Shown in pieces: positions 1 through 12,955 of a stretch of DNA of 64,000 bases. The position numbers and the translations under genes were made by a program. Source of the DNA: Macrostomum lignano (lineage: Eukaryota); assembly GCA_002269645.1 (NCBI GenBank), contig NIVC01001880.1, forward strand, positions 62,001 to 126,000. The letters are read 5' to 3'. Position 1 is the first letter of the stretch. The number at the start of each line of letters is the position of its first letter. Below the pieces are notes generated by a model. It worked only from the letters and a program-made list of their open reading frames with translations, searched no databases and was not told where the DNA came from.

Positions 1-703
1 ACAAGGCAGTAGTGAATGCATTGGGAGACTTGTAGAGCTATAGAAGTTCACTCCCAATGACTGGAATTTCCAAAGACATTCGACCATTCAAAAAGTGGAA
101 GCGGTTTGCCGTGACTCACCCTGAGAGACTTCGTTCGAGCTCGGGAGCTGCAGGCTGTCCAGTTGAGCAACTCCGACCTCCCATTTCTTCAGTGCTTGCA
201 TGCCAGCCCACTCGCAATAGCAGCACGGGTTCAACCGATAGTCCAAAAGGAGCAGCCGCGGAGCTGAACTTCTGGAATGTGTCAGGCAGGAGCTGATATT
301 TTTTCCACTGCCATTGTCTCTTCTGCTCTCAAAAGCCGGTGAAGCTCTCGAACACACTATGCTGGTACTCGGGTGAGTTGCTGCTTCGTGACCGCTATGG
401 GAGAGAAACCGGGATCAATAACTTTTGCGGCCATGTCTCCTGTTTAGTTCACGCTACTCCCAGAAGATCTTCAAGTCTTCAGAGAAGTACACGAGACCAA
501 CTCGTTTTAGTGGGTTCAACTTCAGTATAGAACTAGCAATTTAGCCACCCGTTGATAGCCTGTACTATTACTCTTTCATTTCTGCCTTTGAAATTATGGC
601 AAAATGCTTTCTCAATAGTCAGTCATGATATTTGCCTGTAAGCTAATTTAAGTTAGCCAGGTAGATATTTCGGCTTCTTTTCCGATAGAATTTGAATCAT
701 AAA

Positions 704-930
704 TACCTGTTAGACAGACAGGTTTACCTGATAGACAGGCAGGTTCACCTGTAAGACAGACAGGTTTACCTGTTAGACAGGTAGGTTTACATGTTAGACA
801 GGTAGATTTACCTGTTAGACAGACAGGTTTACATGTTAAACAGGCAGGTTCACCTGTAAGACAGACAGGTTTACCTGTTAGATAGGTAGGTTTACATGTA
901 AGACAGGCAGATTTACCTGTTAGACAGGCA
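704..930. repeat. 21-bp minisatellite (TACCTGTTAGACAGACAGGTT), about 11 copies
   Basis: Direct tandem repeat with period 21; each unit contains an internal inverted repeat ACCTGT...ACAGGT. Confidence 0.9.
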
Positions 931-1466
931 GAGTTCTACTTTGGTGTATCCTAAACTGCGAATCCATATAGCGGTACATGTCCGCTGAGAACAGACTCAG
1001 AAAAAGTGCCCCAGCTGCAACGCCCGTCCGCAGTGCTGAACCAGCGATGGTTTTCACTGGCAGGCCAGGTGATTCGGGCTTGTGTTGGAGATGCGGATGC
1101 GGGTTGGAGAGGATCGAGAGTCATTTGAAAATTTGAGAAGTGATACAAAACTGGAGTTATGAAGACTTCATATTTGAAGTCATATCAAGTATTGATTTAT
1201 TTTGATCAAATTACTGCATTCCTAAACAAAGTCTACACGAATAAGAAAATTCAGAAGAATAAGTCCATATTGTCTAGGTTAGGGTGGTTAGAAGCAGTTC
1301 CTCCCTGGTTTTTCAAGGTAGCGACTCCACCTCGTCCACTCTGGCCGTCGGCAGTCCCTTCAAGTCCATTGTCGGCTAAGGGCCAAACAAGACCAAGAAG
1401 ACTATTTTCACGTTTGCTTGGGTCGGTAATGAACTAAACGTATATAAACTAAATTATCATATTAAT

Positions 1467-3673
1467 AAGAGAATAACACAGGCATGCCAGTTGTCAGTAT
1501 AACATTGATAAGAGAAAAACACAGGCACTGCCAGTTGTCAGTATAATATTGATAAGAGAATAACACAGGCATTGCCAGTTGTCAGTATAATATTGATAAG
1601 AGAATAACACAGGCACTGCCAGTTGTCAGTATAATATTGATAAGAGAATAACACAGGCATTGCCAGATGTCAGTATAATATTGATAAGAGAATAACACAG
1701 GCATGCCAGTTGTCAGTATAACATTGATAAGAGAATAACACAGGCACTGCCAGTTGTCAGTATAATATTGATAAGAGAATAACACAGGCACTGCCAGTTG
1801 TCAGTATAACACTGATAAGAGGATAACACAGGCATGCCAGTTGTCAGTATAACACTGATAAGAGGATAACACAGGCATGCCAGTTGTCAGTATAACACTG
1901 ATAAGAGAATGACACAGGCATTGCCAGTTGTCAGTATAATATTGATAAGAGAAAAACACAGGCACTGCCAGTTGTCAGTATAATATTGATAAGAGAATAA
2001 CACAGGCACTGCCAGTTGTCAGTATAATATTGATAAGAGAATGACACAGGCATTGCCAGTTGTCAGTATAATATTGATAAGAGAATAACACAGGCATTGC
2101 CAGTTGTCAGTATAATATTGATAAGAGAATAACACAGGCATGCCAGTTGTCAGTATAACATTGATAAGAGAAAAACACAGGCACTGCCAGTTGTCAGTAT
2201 AACATTGATAAGAGAATAACACAGGCATGCCAGTTGTCAGTATAATATTGATAAGAGAATAACACAGGCACTGCCAGTTGTCAGTATAATATTGATAAGA
2301 GAATGACACAGGCATTGCCAGTTGTCAGTATAATATTGATAAGAGAATAACACAGGCATTGCCAGTTGTCAGTATAATATTGATAAGAGAATAACACAGG
2401 CACTGCCAGTTGTCAGTATAACACTGATAAGAGGATAACACAGGCATGCCAGTTGTCAGTATAACACTGATAAGAGGATAACACAGGCATGCCAGTTGTC
2501 AGTATAATATTGATAAGAGAATAACACAGGCATGCCAGTTGTCAGTATAACACTGATAAGAGGATAACACAGGCATGCCAGTTGTCAGTATAACACTGAT
2601 AAGAGGATAACACAGGCACTGCCAGTTGTCAGTATAATATTAATAAGAGAAAAACACAGGCACTGCCAGTTGTCAGTATAACACTGATAAGAGAAAAACA
2701 CAGGCATGCCAGTTGTCAGTATAACACTGATAAGAGAATAACACAGGCACTGCCAGTTGTCAGTATAACACTGATAAGAGGATAACACAGGCATGCCAGT
2801 TGTCAGTATAACACTGATAAGAGGATAACACAGGCATGCCAGTTGTCAGTATAACACTGATAAGAGGATAACACAGGCACTGCCAGTTGTCAGTATAATA
2901 TTGATAAGAGAATAACACAGGCACTGCCAGTTGTCAGTGTAACATTGATAAGAGGATAACACAGGCATGCCAGTTGTCAGTATAACATTGATAAGAGGAT
3001 AACACAGGCATGCCAGTTGTCAGTATAACATTGATAAGAGGATAACACAGGCATGCCAGTTGTCAATATAACATTGATAAGAGAATAACACAGGCATTGC
3101 CAGTTGTCAGTATAATATTGATAAGAGAAAAACACAGGCACTGCCAGTTGTCAGTGTAACATTGATAAGAGGATAACACAGGCATGCCAGTTGTCAGTAT
3201 AACACTGATAAGAGGATAACACAGGCACTGCCAGTTGTCAGTATAATATTAATAAGAGAAAAACACAGGCACTGCCAGTTGTCAGTATAACACTGATAAG
3301 AGAAAAACACAGGCATGCCAGTTGTCAGTATAACACTGATAAGAGAATAACACAGGCACTGCCAGTTGTCAGTATAACACTGATAAGAGGATAACACAGG
3401 CATGCCAGTTGTCAGTATAACACTGATAAGAGGATAACACAGGCATGCCAGTTGTCAGTATAACACTGATAAGAGGATAACACAGGCACTGCCAGTTGTC
3501 AGTATAATATTGATAAGAGAAAAACACAGGCACTGCCAGTTGTCAATATAACATTGATAAGAGGATAACACAGGCATGCCAGTTGTCAGTATAATATTGA
3601 TAAGAGAATAACACAGGCATGCCAGTTGTCTGTATAATATTGATAAGAGAATAACACAGGCACTGCCAGTTGC
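1467..3673. repeat. 43/44-bp minisatellite (TGCCAGTTGTCAGTATAATATTGATAAGAGAATAACACAGGCAC), about 50 copies
   Basis: Direct tandem repeat. Identical ORFs at 2585 and 3194 show a 609-bp higher-order repeat. Ends about 120 bp from the stop codon of the minus-strand gene. Confidence 0.97.
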
Positions 3674-3792
3674 CACTGAATCAGCTGGGTGTTGCAAGTT
3701 TGCATCAGACGGGAATCAAAAGTCAATATTGAATCTCATTAACGAGCAGCTCTTCGGAGTCTGCCTGAATTTGATGTTGCTGAAGCAGCTCC

Positions 3793-5640
3793 TCACTCAC
3801 AGGCGGCTTCCAGACGGCTCAGCCGCACCCGGCCCTGCCGCTCTGCGTTGACGCCAGAGGAGGTGGCGCAGCCGACGCCGCCGCAGAAGGAGCCGCCGCC
3901 GCCGCCTCCTAGGTATGGAGATGTGCCAGCGCCGCCTCCACTGAAGCCGCCTCCGCCGCCGCCGGCACCATGGCGACGATGAACGCAGCAGCCGCCGCCA
4001 GCGCCGCCTCCGCCGAAACCGCCGTCGCCGGTCGGGCAGGAGCCGCTGCGCGCTCCGCCCAGCCAACCGTCGCCGAGGCCGAGCCCGGGACCTCCGGGAT
4101 CAACGAAGGACTCGCTGCTGGGCTGAGCCGAGCCGCTCCAACCGGCGCCGGCACCGCCGCAGGAATACTCCGGATAGTAAGTGTACCTGTTGGGCGACAC
4201 CCGGCCCGGCTGTCCGCCAGCGCCACCGGGGCCGGAGTATTTGGAGCCTCCAGGATTGCTGCTCGTGCCGCTTGTAGAGCCGCTGCCATTCATGCCTGCG
4301 AAATGTCAGAGGAAATTGCGCTCAAATCTGCGATGCAATGAGTTGTGATGAAGTTAAATTTTTCTTAACTCTCATCCCCTGTGCTCAGCCTGCATGCTCG
4401 AAGCTGATTGACTCAAATGACTCAAACTTCTACGCATTTCCAGACTCGCATCAGCTCACCAGCATATTTCCTTGAGGCTCCACCGCCACCTCCCGCGGCC
4501 ACGAGCAGCTGCTGGCTGTCCGAGCCGTTGCTGACGTACACGAAGCTGCCGCCTCCGCCGCCAGCGCCGGAGTCGCAGGCCGAGTCTCCGCCCGCCTGGC
4601 CGACCAAAATTTGCAGCCGGGCGCCGGCGGCCAGGCTGAAGCAGCCGGCGGCAGAGGCGCCTCTGGAGGACGGACTGCCGGTTGAGCTGCCCCCAGCGGC
4701 TCCGAGCGCCTCAATGCGGTAGCAGCCGGCGAACTTCACGGCGACGCTCTGGACGGAGCCGCTGCGACCTGCGCTGCTGCCTGGAGTGAAGGCGTCAAAG
4801 GCGAGAGCCGAAGGTTTGGGTGCTGCGCACTGAGCCAGCCTCTGCCTCAGGTGCCGTTGCACTTTTGGCACCCAATCAATCACGCCACACTCAACCCCCA
4901 ACCCCACTAATGTGCTTCACTCACACCTGTCAGCTTCACTCACACCTGTCAGCTTCACTCACACCTGTCAGTTTCACTCACACGTGTCAGCTTCACTCAC
5001 ACGTGTCAGCTTCACTCACACCTATCAGCATCACTCACACCTGTCAGCTTCACTCACACCTGTCAGCATCACTCACACCTGTCAGCTTCACTCACTTCGG
5101 AGCACCTGCTGGAAGGCCCGACTCCGCAGCTGCGACTCGAAGTCGTCCGCCGTCCACACCGTCACCGCGGCGTCACCATGCGAGCCCAGGTGCCTGGTTA
5201 CGTGACGGCCATCAGGGCCCGGCTGTCCCAATGACTCATCGTTGATGACGGCCATCAGGCAGACGCGGCTGGTCATGTTTACCACCGCAGCAGCGCAGCC
5301 TCTCCTTCGGCACCACGTCAGGCACTCGGCATCGGAGCGGAGGCCGGACTCGCTGAACATGCTGACGCTGATCGAGTTGTTCAGCACCAGGGAGCGGCTG
5401 GGGACCAGGTTGAACTCCTGGCCGTTTGAGGCCGATGCCACTGAAACAGGCGGAGTGCTCAGCACTGAGTGATGCTGAAACAGGCAGAGTGCTCAGTACT
5501 GAGTGATGCTGAAACAGACGCAGTGCTCAGAACTGAGGGATGCTGTACAGCAGAACTGGTTGTTGAGCTCTGCCTGACAACTGCAGGAACTTACCGACTG
5601 CGCGAAGAAGCAGAAGACCCACCAGTGCAGGCAAATGCAT
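3793..5640 (-). CDS. Secreted protein: signal peptide + PAN/apple-like domain + ALK/LTK-type glycine-rich domain, no TM or kinase
   Basis: Exons 5640-5595, 5440-~5096, ~4850-4460 (acceptor uncertain), 4295-3793. Spliced N-terminus MHLPALVGLLLLRAVVASASNG is a signal peptide. AECLTWC-x3-GCAAAVV-x5-CLM is PAN-like. GCYRIEALGAAGG, GARLQILVGQAG, GAGGGGGSFV, LLVAAGGGGGA and GGFGGGG..GGGGGFSGG are hallmark ALK/LTK glycine-rich domain motifs. Confidence 0.85.
4915..5095. repeat. 19-bp intronic minisatellite (CACTCACACCTGTCAGCTT)
   Basis: Tandem repeat starting at the GTGAGT donor of intron 2 of the minus-strand gene; the sense-strand unit contains GTGAGTGA. Confidence 0.9.
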
Positions 5641-5831
5641 TGCAGAAGCTGGGAGAGCCGGGAGGGTTGCTGATGTCGCTGAGGAGTCTGGAGGGGCGCG
5701 AGTTCCCGGCGAGGCCGGAGGCGGGGCTTTTATGGAGCTCCCGGCGGGCGAGAGATGGGCGAGCGGGCCGGCCAATGGGACTTTGAGTTCCCGGCCGGGT
5801 GGAGGGGCTCCTGTTTGGCGGATGTTTTCGC

Positions 5832-5845
5832 GTCACCTTGGCAAC
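5832..5845. promoter_or_regulatory. RFX X-box match GTCACCTTGGCAAC in the promoter of the PAN/glycine-rich gene
   Basis: Fits GTNRCC-N2-RGYAAC, about 190 bp upstream of the ATG at 5640. Nearby are CCAAT (~5772), a GC box (~5720) and a minus-strand CATAAAAG TATA-like motif (~5730). A second near-match GTTGCCATGGTCAC lies at 6250-6263. Confidence 0.4.
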
Positions 5846-6333
5846 CGTTGCAGTGGACTGGACGCCCAGGATGGGCCCAGCTTGAAGGTTTGACAGGTAG
5901 AATTAATTTGCTCTTGAGTTGATGAAGCTGCTCATGCCAATCAGTTGCACTTCAAGTGGTTGGAGAGTCTTTAGCCGTTAATTTCGAACAAACATTTCGA
6001 AGCCTCATCAAGAAGCGTGAGCTGCTCGTGCAGCTGCAGCAGAGGTGATTGGAGAGCCGCTTGAAGAAAACTGGCAGCAATGAAATTGCAGCATTCGCAC
6101 TGCACGGAAGAAGACTCTTGAGACATCTTATCAGCATATTGAAGATTTCCCTGAAAAAATTTCTGCTTTTGTGCCCAGGGGCTCGGGCTGGATAGAAGAG
6201 GCTCGATTGCAGCTGTTTGCTTAACGACCATGCGGCCCTGGTTGCTAGCGTTGCCATGGTCACGAATGACAAGAATCTGTCAAGCAAGACAGTCAAATAA
6301 CTCGAAGCTAAGTCTAAACCCAAGGCTAAGGCC

Positions 6334-6690
6334 GGGGGCCGTAGCCCAGCGGTAGCGCAGCTGCTCTGGTGTGCCGCGACCCAGGCTCGATTCCAAGTGC
6401 AGCCACATTAATTTGGGGCTGGATTGGAATCTTGGCTTGGCTCGCTTGTGCAATTAACGGCCTTGAGAGCCAACCCCCCCAAGGCGCAGTGAAGTGTACA
6501 TGCCTAACAATTGATAAAGTTAGGGCCGCTGTACACTCCTGTGTGTGTGTGCCTGCGTAACGTATCCGCGCGCTTGTATGCCTGCTCAGGGGAGTCGGCG
6601 GAATGGGCAGTAATGCCTCTCGCCGGTTGTGTGCCAATGACGCTTAAATTGCGCCAGGGTGCACACAACCCCCCTGCCTCTAAAAAAAAA
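6334..6690 (+). mobile_element. tRNA-derived SINE with poly(A) tail and 12-bp target-site duplication
   Basis: tRNA-like head with A box (TAGCCCAGCGG) and B box (GGCTCGATTCC); poly(A) from 6682; flanking direct repeat AAGGCTAAGGCC at 6322-6333 and 6691-6702. Confidence 0.88.
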
Positions 6691-6727
6691 AAGGCTAAGG
6701 CCAAAACTAGGACCAAGACAAAGGTGA

Positions 6728-6982
6728 GCATGCCTCAGATGCAAAAAGAGCGTCAACCGAGGTGGAGTCGTGTGCACCGCGACACATCAGTGGTGCCACT
6801 TTGGATGCGTGGGAGTCGCCTACGTAATGGTCAAAAAGTCGGACGAGAAGACAATGCAGGAGTGGCGGTGCCCATGGCACTGGACTGGACTATCACTGGA
6901 CTATCAGGACCAGCGCGACGGTCGACCGAGGCCTCTTGGCTTCTGCAGTGTCAGGCTCCTTCGGGTGGTGGACGCCGAATAA
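6728..6982 (+). pseudogene. Degenerate PHD-finger coding relic, probably transposon-derived; second copy at 13952-14206
   Basis: Frame reads CLRCKKSVNRGGVVCTATHQWCHFGCVG...EWRCPWH, matching C4HC3 spacing with two ligands altered. It is preceded by a frameshifted Lys-rich linker that is split by the SINE. Confidence 0.45.
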
Positions 6983-7190
6983 AAATAAGAAAAAGAAGAC
7001 CAAAGCCAAAGCTCAAACGGGTTAATAATTAGAAGCCATAGCAACAACTCATATAGTGTAGTAGGTTATATTTGTGCCTTCAACAGAGCAAGGGAGACAG
7101 CCATTGCACGGTACGAAAACTGTTAGAACCCACATTGCCGCCAATAACAGGTTATTCAATAACACCTTTGAATTGTTTGATAGGACAGTT

Positions 7191-9477
<2,287 letters not shown>

Positions 9478-10784
9478 AAAGTCCTGGGAGAGCACCTGGG
9501 TGACTCACTTTCTCTTGCTGCTGTTGCAGCTGTCTGCTTCTTTCTGTCTGAGATATTTTAGTGCGCACGCGGCATTGTAAAGATCGGAGGGGCCGGGTGC
9601 CCCATTGTCCAATTGCTGCTCTTTTGATTATGTTTCTGTCAGACTTGATGATCGCACAGCAACCGACTGAGTGCTGTCTTGTCTTTTGCCTTCTTTTATG
9701 ATGGCTATGAGACTTGGCACAGATTCTCACACTCTGTCAGCCAACTTCTTCTCGAGCGTAGGAGCAGACAGATCTCTCTGCCGTCTCTTTCTCTGCCAGG
9801 GCCAGCTTAGATAAATAACAAAATCTCTGTGGGCTTATTTGCCCGCAGACCCGCGCATCACTTTATTGAATTAATTGCCCCACCCAGGCCACAGGCTGTC
9901 TGAGCAATTAAGCAATTAAAAAGGCACCTGATCCACCTTAAAAGTTCACCAAATGTGGTTGTCAAGCCCAAGAGCTGGAATGCTTTGGCCGAATTTCGTG
10001 TCCACATAGGATTGAGTAAATTTTATTAACTCCAGCACCGACCACTCAGAAGGGGTCGCCCCCCCCCAGACGCATGAATAGTGAGAACTCGTACCTGATC
10101 TTCCAGCCAATCAGTTAATTAAGCTAATTAAGTTGTAAATTCATTTACTTAACAAATTCCAGTTGAGATTCTGGCAAATTATGTAGTAAAACATTGTGCC
10201 AAGCAGTCTATTGTCTCCCTTTGAATTTCAATCGATTTTCCTTGCATTTCTACTCACAGTAGGCGTGGAGCGCATAAATTTTTAAAATGCAATGCAAAAC
10301 CAATTGCTATTGAAGGAAATTCAATATTAATGAGTTGGTCATATAACACGCCACGAAATGAACTTTAATGGCAGGCCTAAGCGAACTGTTTCTTAGAATC
10401 ATAATTTACCATTTTTGTGACGTCAAAGTGCAAAGCGGAACTTGAATTGTTCTGTTCTCTGTTATATTTTTACAGCGTAGACAGTTGAATAGTACAAAAA
10501 AATTTGATGATAAAATGCAGAGACCATCCTCTGCTAGGCTGTCTGAAATTCATCATCCAGATTCGCACAAAAGTACATAAACTAATTAACGTCTTACAAA
10601 ATTACAAGCAAATGAAACCCATCGTGGATCAGAAAGACCTGTGAGGCTCCGGCATTCGAGAATTTGCTTCGCTGCGAATTGCAACAAATATTAGCAAATC
10701 AAACGAGTGAAAATGGAGTAGGCAACACACAAGACAGCTCGCGTAGCAACCGCATAGCAACAGAGTGAGATTGACATTTTAAAC

Positions 10785-11090
10785 TTTAGCAATTGGATAG
10801 TTCAACCTTAGCAACGGATAGTTAACCTTAGCAACTGATAGTTTAACTTTATCAACGGATAGTTTAATCCTAGCAACTGATAGTTTAACCATAGCAACTG
10901 ATAGTTTAACCATACCAACTGATAGTTTAACCATAGCAACTGATAGTTTAACCATAGCAACTGATAGCTTAACCATACCAACTGATAGTTTAACCATACC
11001 AACTGATAGTTTAACCATAGCAACTGATAGTTTAACCATAGCAACTGATAGCTTAACCATAGCAACGGATAGTTAAACTTTAGCAACGGA
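10785..11090. repeat. 21-bp minisatellite (CATAGCAACTGATAGTTTAAC); copy at 18009-18314
   Basis: Direct tandem repeat downstream of the MOSMO stop; the minus-strand unit contains GTTGCTATGG. Confidence 0.93.
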
Positions 11091-11131
11091 CAACTAAGGG
11101 AGTGACTAGTAAAGTGAAACGGTAGCCGGAA

Positions 11132-11189
11132 GGGTAAACGGCCGGAGTAACTATAGTTGCTTTTAAGATTATTTAGTGCCTCGTCATCT
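11132..11189 (+). other. Short 28S rRNA (H69-H71)-like sequence, not a functional rRNA gene; copy at 18356-18413
   Basis: GGGTAAACGGCCGGAGTAACTAT (22/23 identical to the conserved eukaryotic LSU sequence), then a 22-nt spacer containing TTAAG, then TGCCTCGTCATCT (13/13). Block spacing is within 1 nt of 28S. Confidence 0.7.
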
Positions 11190-11214
11190 GATAGGAACGT
11201 CGGGTCGGGTCAGA

Positions 11215-12955
11215 CTAGAAGCGGGGGATGCAGCCCTTGCCCATGAACAGCTCGGCCAGCACCGTCATCCACAGCGCCACGAAGAAGAACACGTAGGAGA
11301 CGCCCACCTGGTACATCAGCGGCAGGTTGTACAGCTCGCCGCCAACTTGCTCGCTGGAGAAGCCGAGCGGAAAGACCACGGCGGCCACCGACAGCACCAG
11401 CATGGTGGCGAAGCCCAGCCAGCGGGCCGGATCCGCCATGGAGGCCTTGCGATGGGAGGCGGCCAGCAGCCCGACAGTGCCGAGCAGGCCGACAACGCCA
11501 ATGACCACCAGGGCGAACACCAGCAGCCAGGCGGTGTTGGTCGGCTGGTGGGAGAAGCACACCTTTGGGGCAGTCAAGGATGAGGCATTAGTGGAGGTGA
11601 CCTTCGAGGATGTGACACTAGAGGATGTGACACTAGAGGATGTGACATTAGAGGATGTGACACTAGAGGATGTGACACTAGAGGATGTGACACTAGAGGA
11701 TGTGACATTAGAGGATGTGACACTAGAGGATGTGACATTAGAGGATGTGACATTGGAGGATGTGATACTAAAGGATATGACATTAGAGAATGTGACACTA
11801 AAGGATATGACACTAGAGGATGTGACATTAGAGGATATAACACTAGAGGATGTGACATTAGAGGATGTGACATTAGAGGATGTGATGTGACATTCACGGA
11901 TATGACATTAGAGGATGTGATACTAAATGATATGACATTCGAGGATGTAACACTAGAGGATGGGACATTAGAGAATGTAACACTAGAGGATGTGACATTA
12001 GAGGATATAACACTAGAGGATGTGACATTAGAGGATGTAACACTAGAGGATGTGATATTAGAGGATGTGACACTAGAGGATATAACACTAGAGGATGTGA
12101 CATTAGAGGATGTAAAACTAGAGGATGTGACACTAGAGGATATAACACTAGAGGATGTGACATTAGAGGATGTAACACTAGAGGATGTGACATTAGAGGA
12201 TGTGACACTAGAGGATGTGACACTAGAGGATGTGACATTAGAGGATGTGATGTGACATTCACGGATATGACACTAGAGGATGTGATACTAAATGATATGA
12301 CATTAGAGGATATAACACTAGAGGATGTGACATTAGAGGATGTAACACTAGATGATGTGACATTAGAGGATGTGACACTAGAGGTTGACACTAGAGGATG
12401 TGACATTAGAGGATATAACACTAGAGGATGTGACATTAGAGGATGTGACATTAGAGGATGTGATGTGACATTCACGGATATGACATTAGAGGATGTGATA
12501 CTAAATGATATGACATTCGAGGATGTAACACTAGAGGATGGGACATTAGAGAATGTAACACTAGAGGATGTGACATTAGAGGATATAACACTAGAGGATG
12601 TGACATTAGAGGATGTAACACTAGAGGATGTGACATTCAATGATGCATCAAATGACAAAGATAATGTGATCTCAAAGTGTGATATCATTATCAAAGGAAG
12701 GAATATCATGAAATGCTACAACATTTAATATAGATAAGTTAGGATATATTGAAGTTCAATGAAATGCCATTAGAAACAGAAACCAACCTCATCTGAGTTG
12801 CCTTGCAATGTCAGGCAGGCTGAGAGCAGGCCAATGCGCAGTTCCCCATTGAGGCTAGACACCAACCAGTTGGGCATAGCTAGACTGACTAGTACAAATA
12901 CTTCTGCTAAGCTAAATAGCACTAGCGAGATCACTAGCAGCTTGTCTAGTGCCAT
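11215..12955 (-). CDS. MOSMO: Modulator of Smoothened (C16orf52/Atthog), four-TM claudin-like protein (copy 1)
   Basis: Exons 12955-12788 and 11562-11215, phase 0. Motifs MxxDKL.VIS..LF, GLL.ASH...ARWLGF, AAVVFPLGF..EQVGG..Y.LP...VG.SYV.F, LF.GK.C.P match MOSMO. Confidence 0.92.
11600..12640. repeat. 15-bp intronic minisatellite (GAGGATGTGACACTA); copy at 18824-19864
   Basis: Tandem repeat abutting the MOSMO exon 2 acceptor; it generates the EDVTL pseudo-ORFs. Confidence 0.96.

Noticed and set aside
1-1437. Short ORFs at 57-530 and 951-1437
   Set aside because: No recognisable domain, all frames are interrupted by stops, and no consistent exon chain could be built.
6140-6225. IEDFPEKISAFVPRGSGW, resembling the GSGW motif of Polinton/Maverick proteins
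   Set aside because: It is a single short motif bounded by stops, with no other polymerase or integrase signature.
6334-6405. tRNA gene
   Set aside because: The acceptor and anticodon stems do not pair well, and the head is fused to a body, poly(A) and TSD, so it is a SINE.
11111-11215. C/D-box snoRNA guiding 28S modification, or a functional rRNA gene
   Set aside because: No flanking RUGAUGA/CUGA boxes on the minus strand, and the rRNA similarity spans under 80 nt with H69 pairing disrupted.
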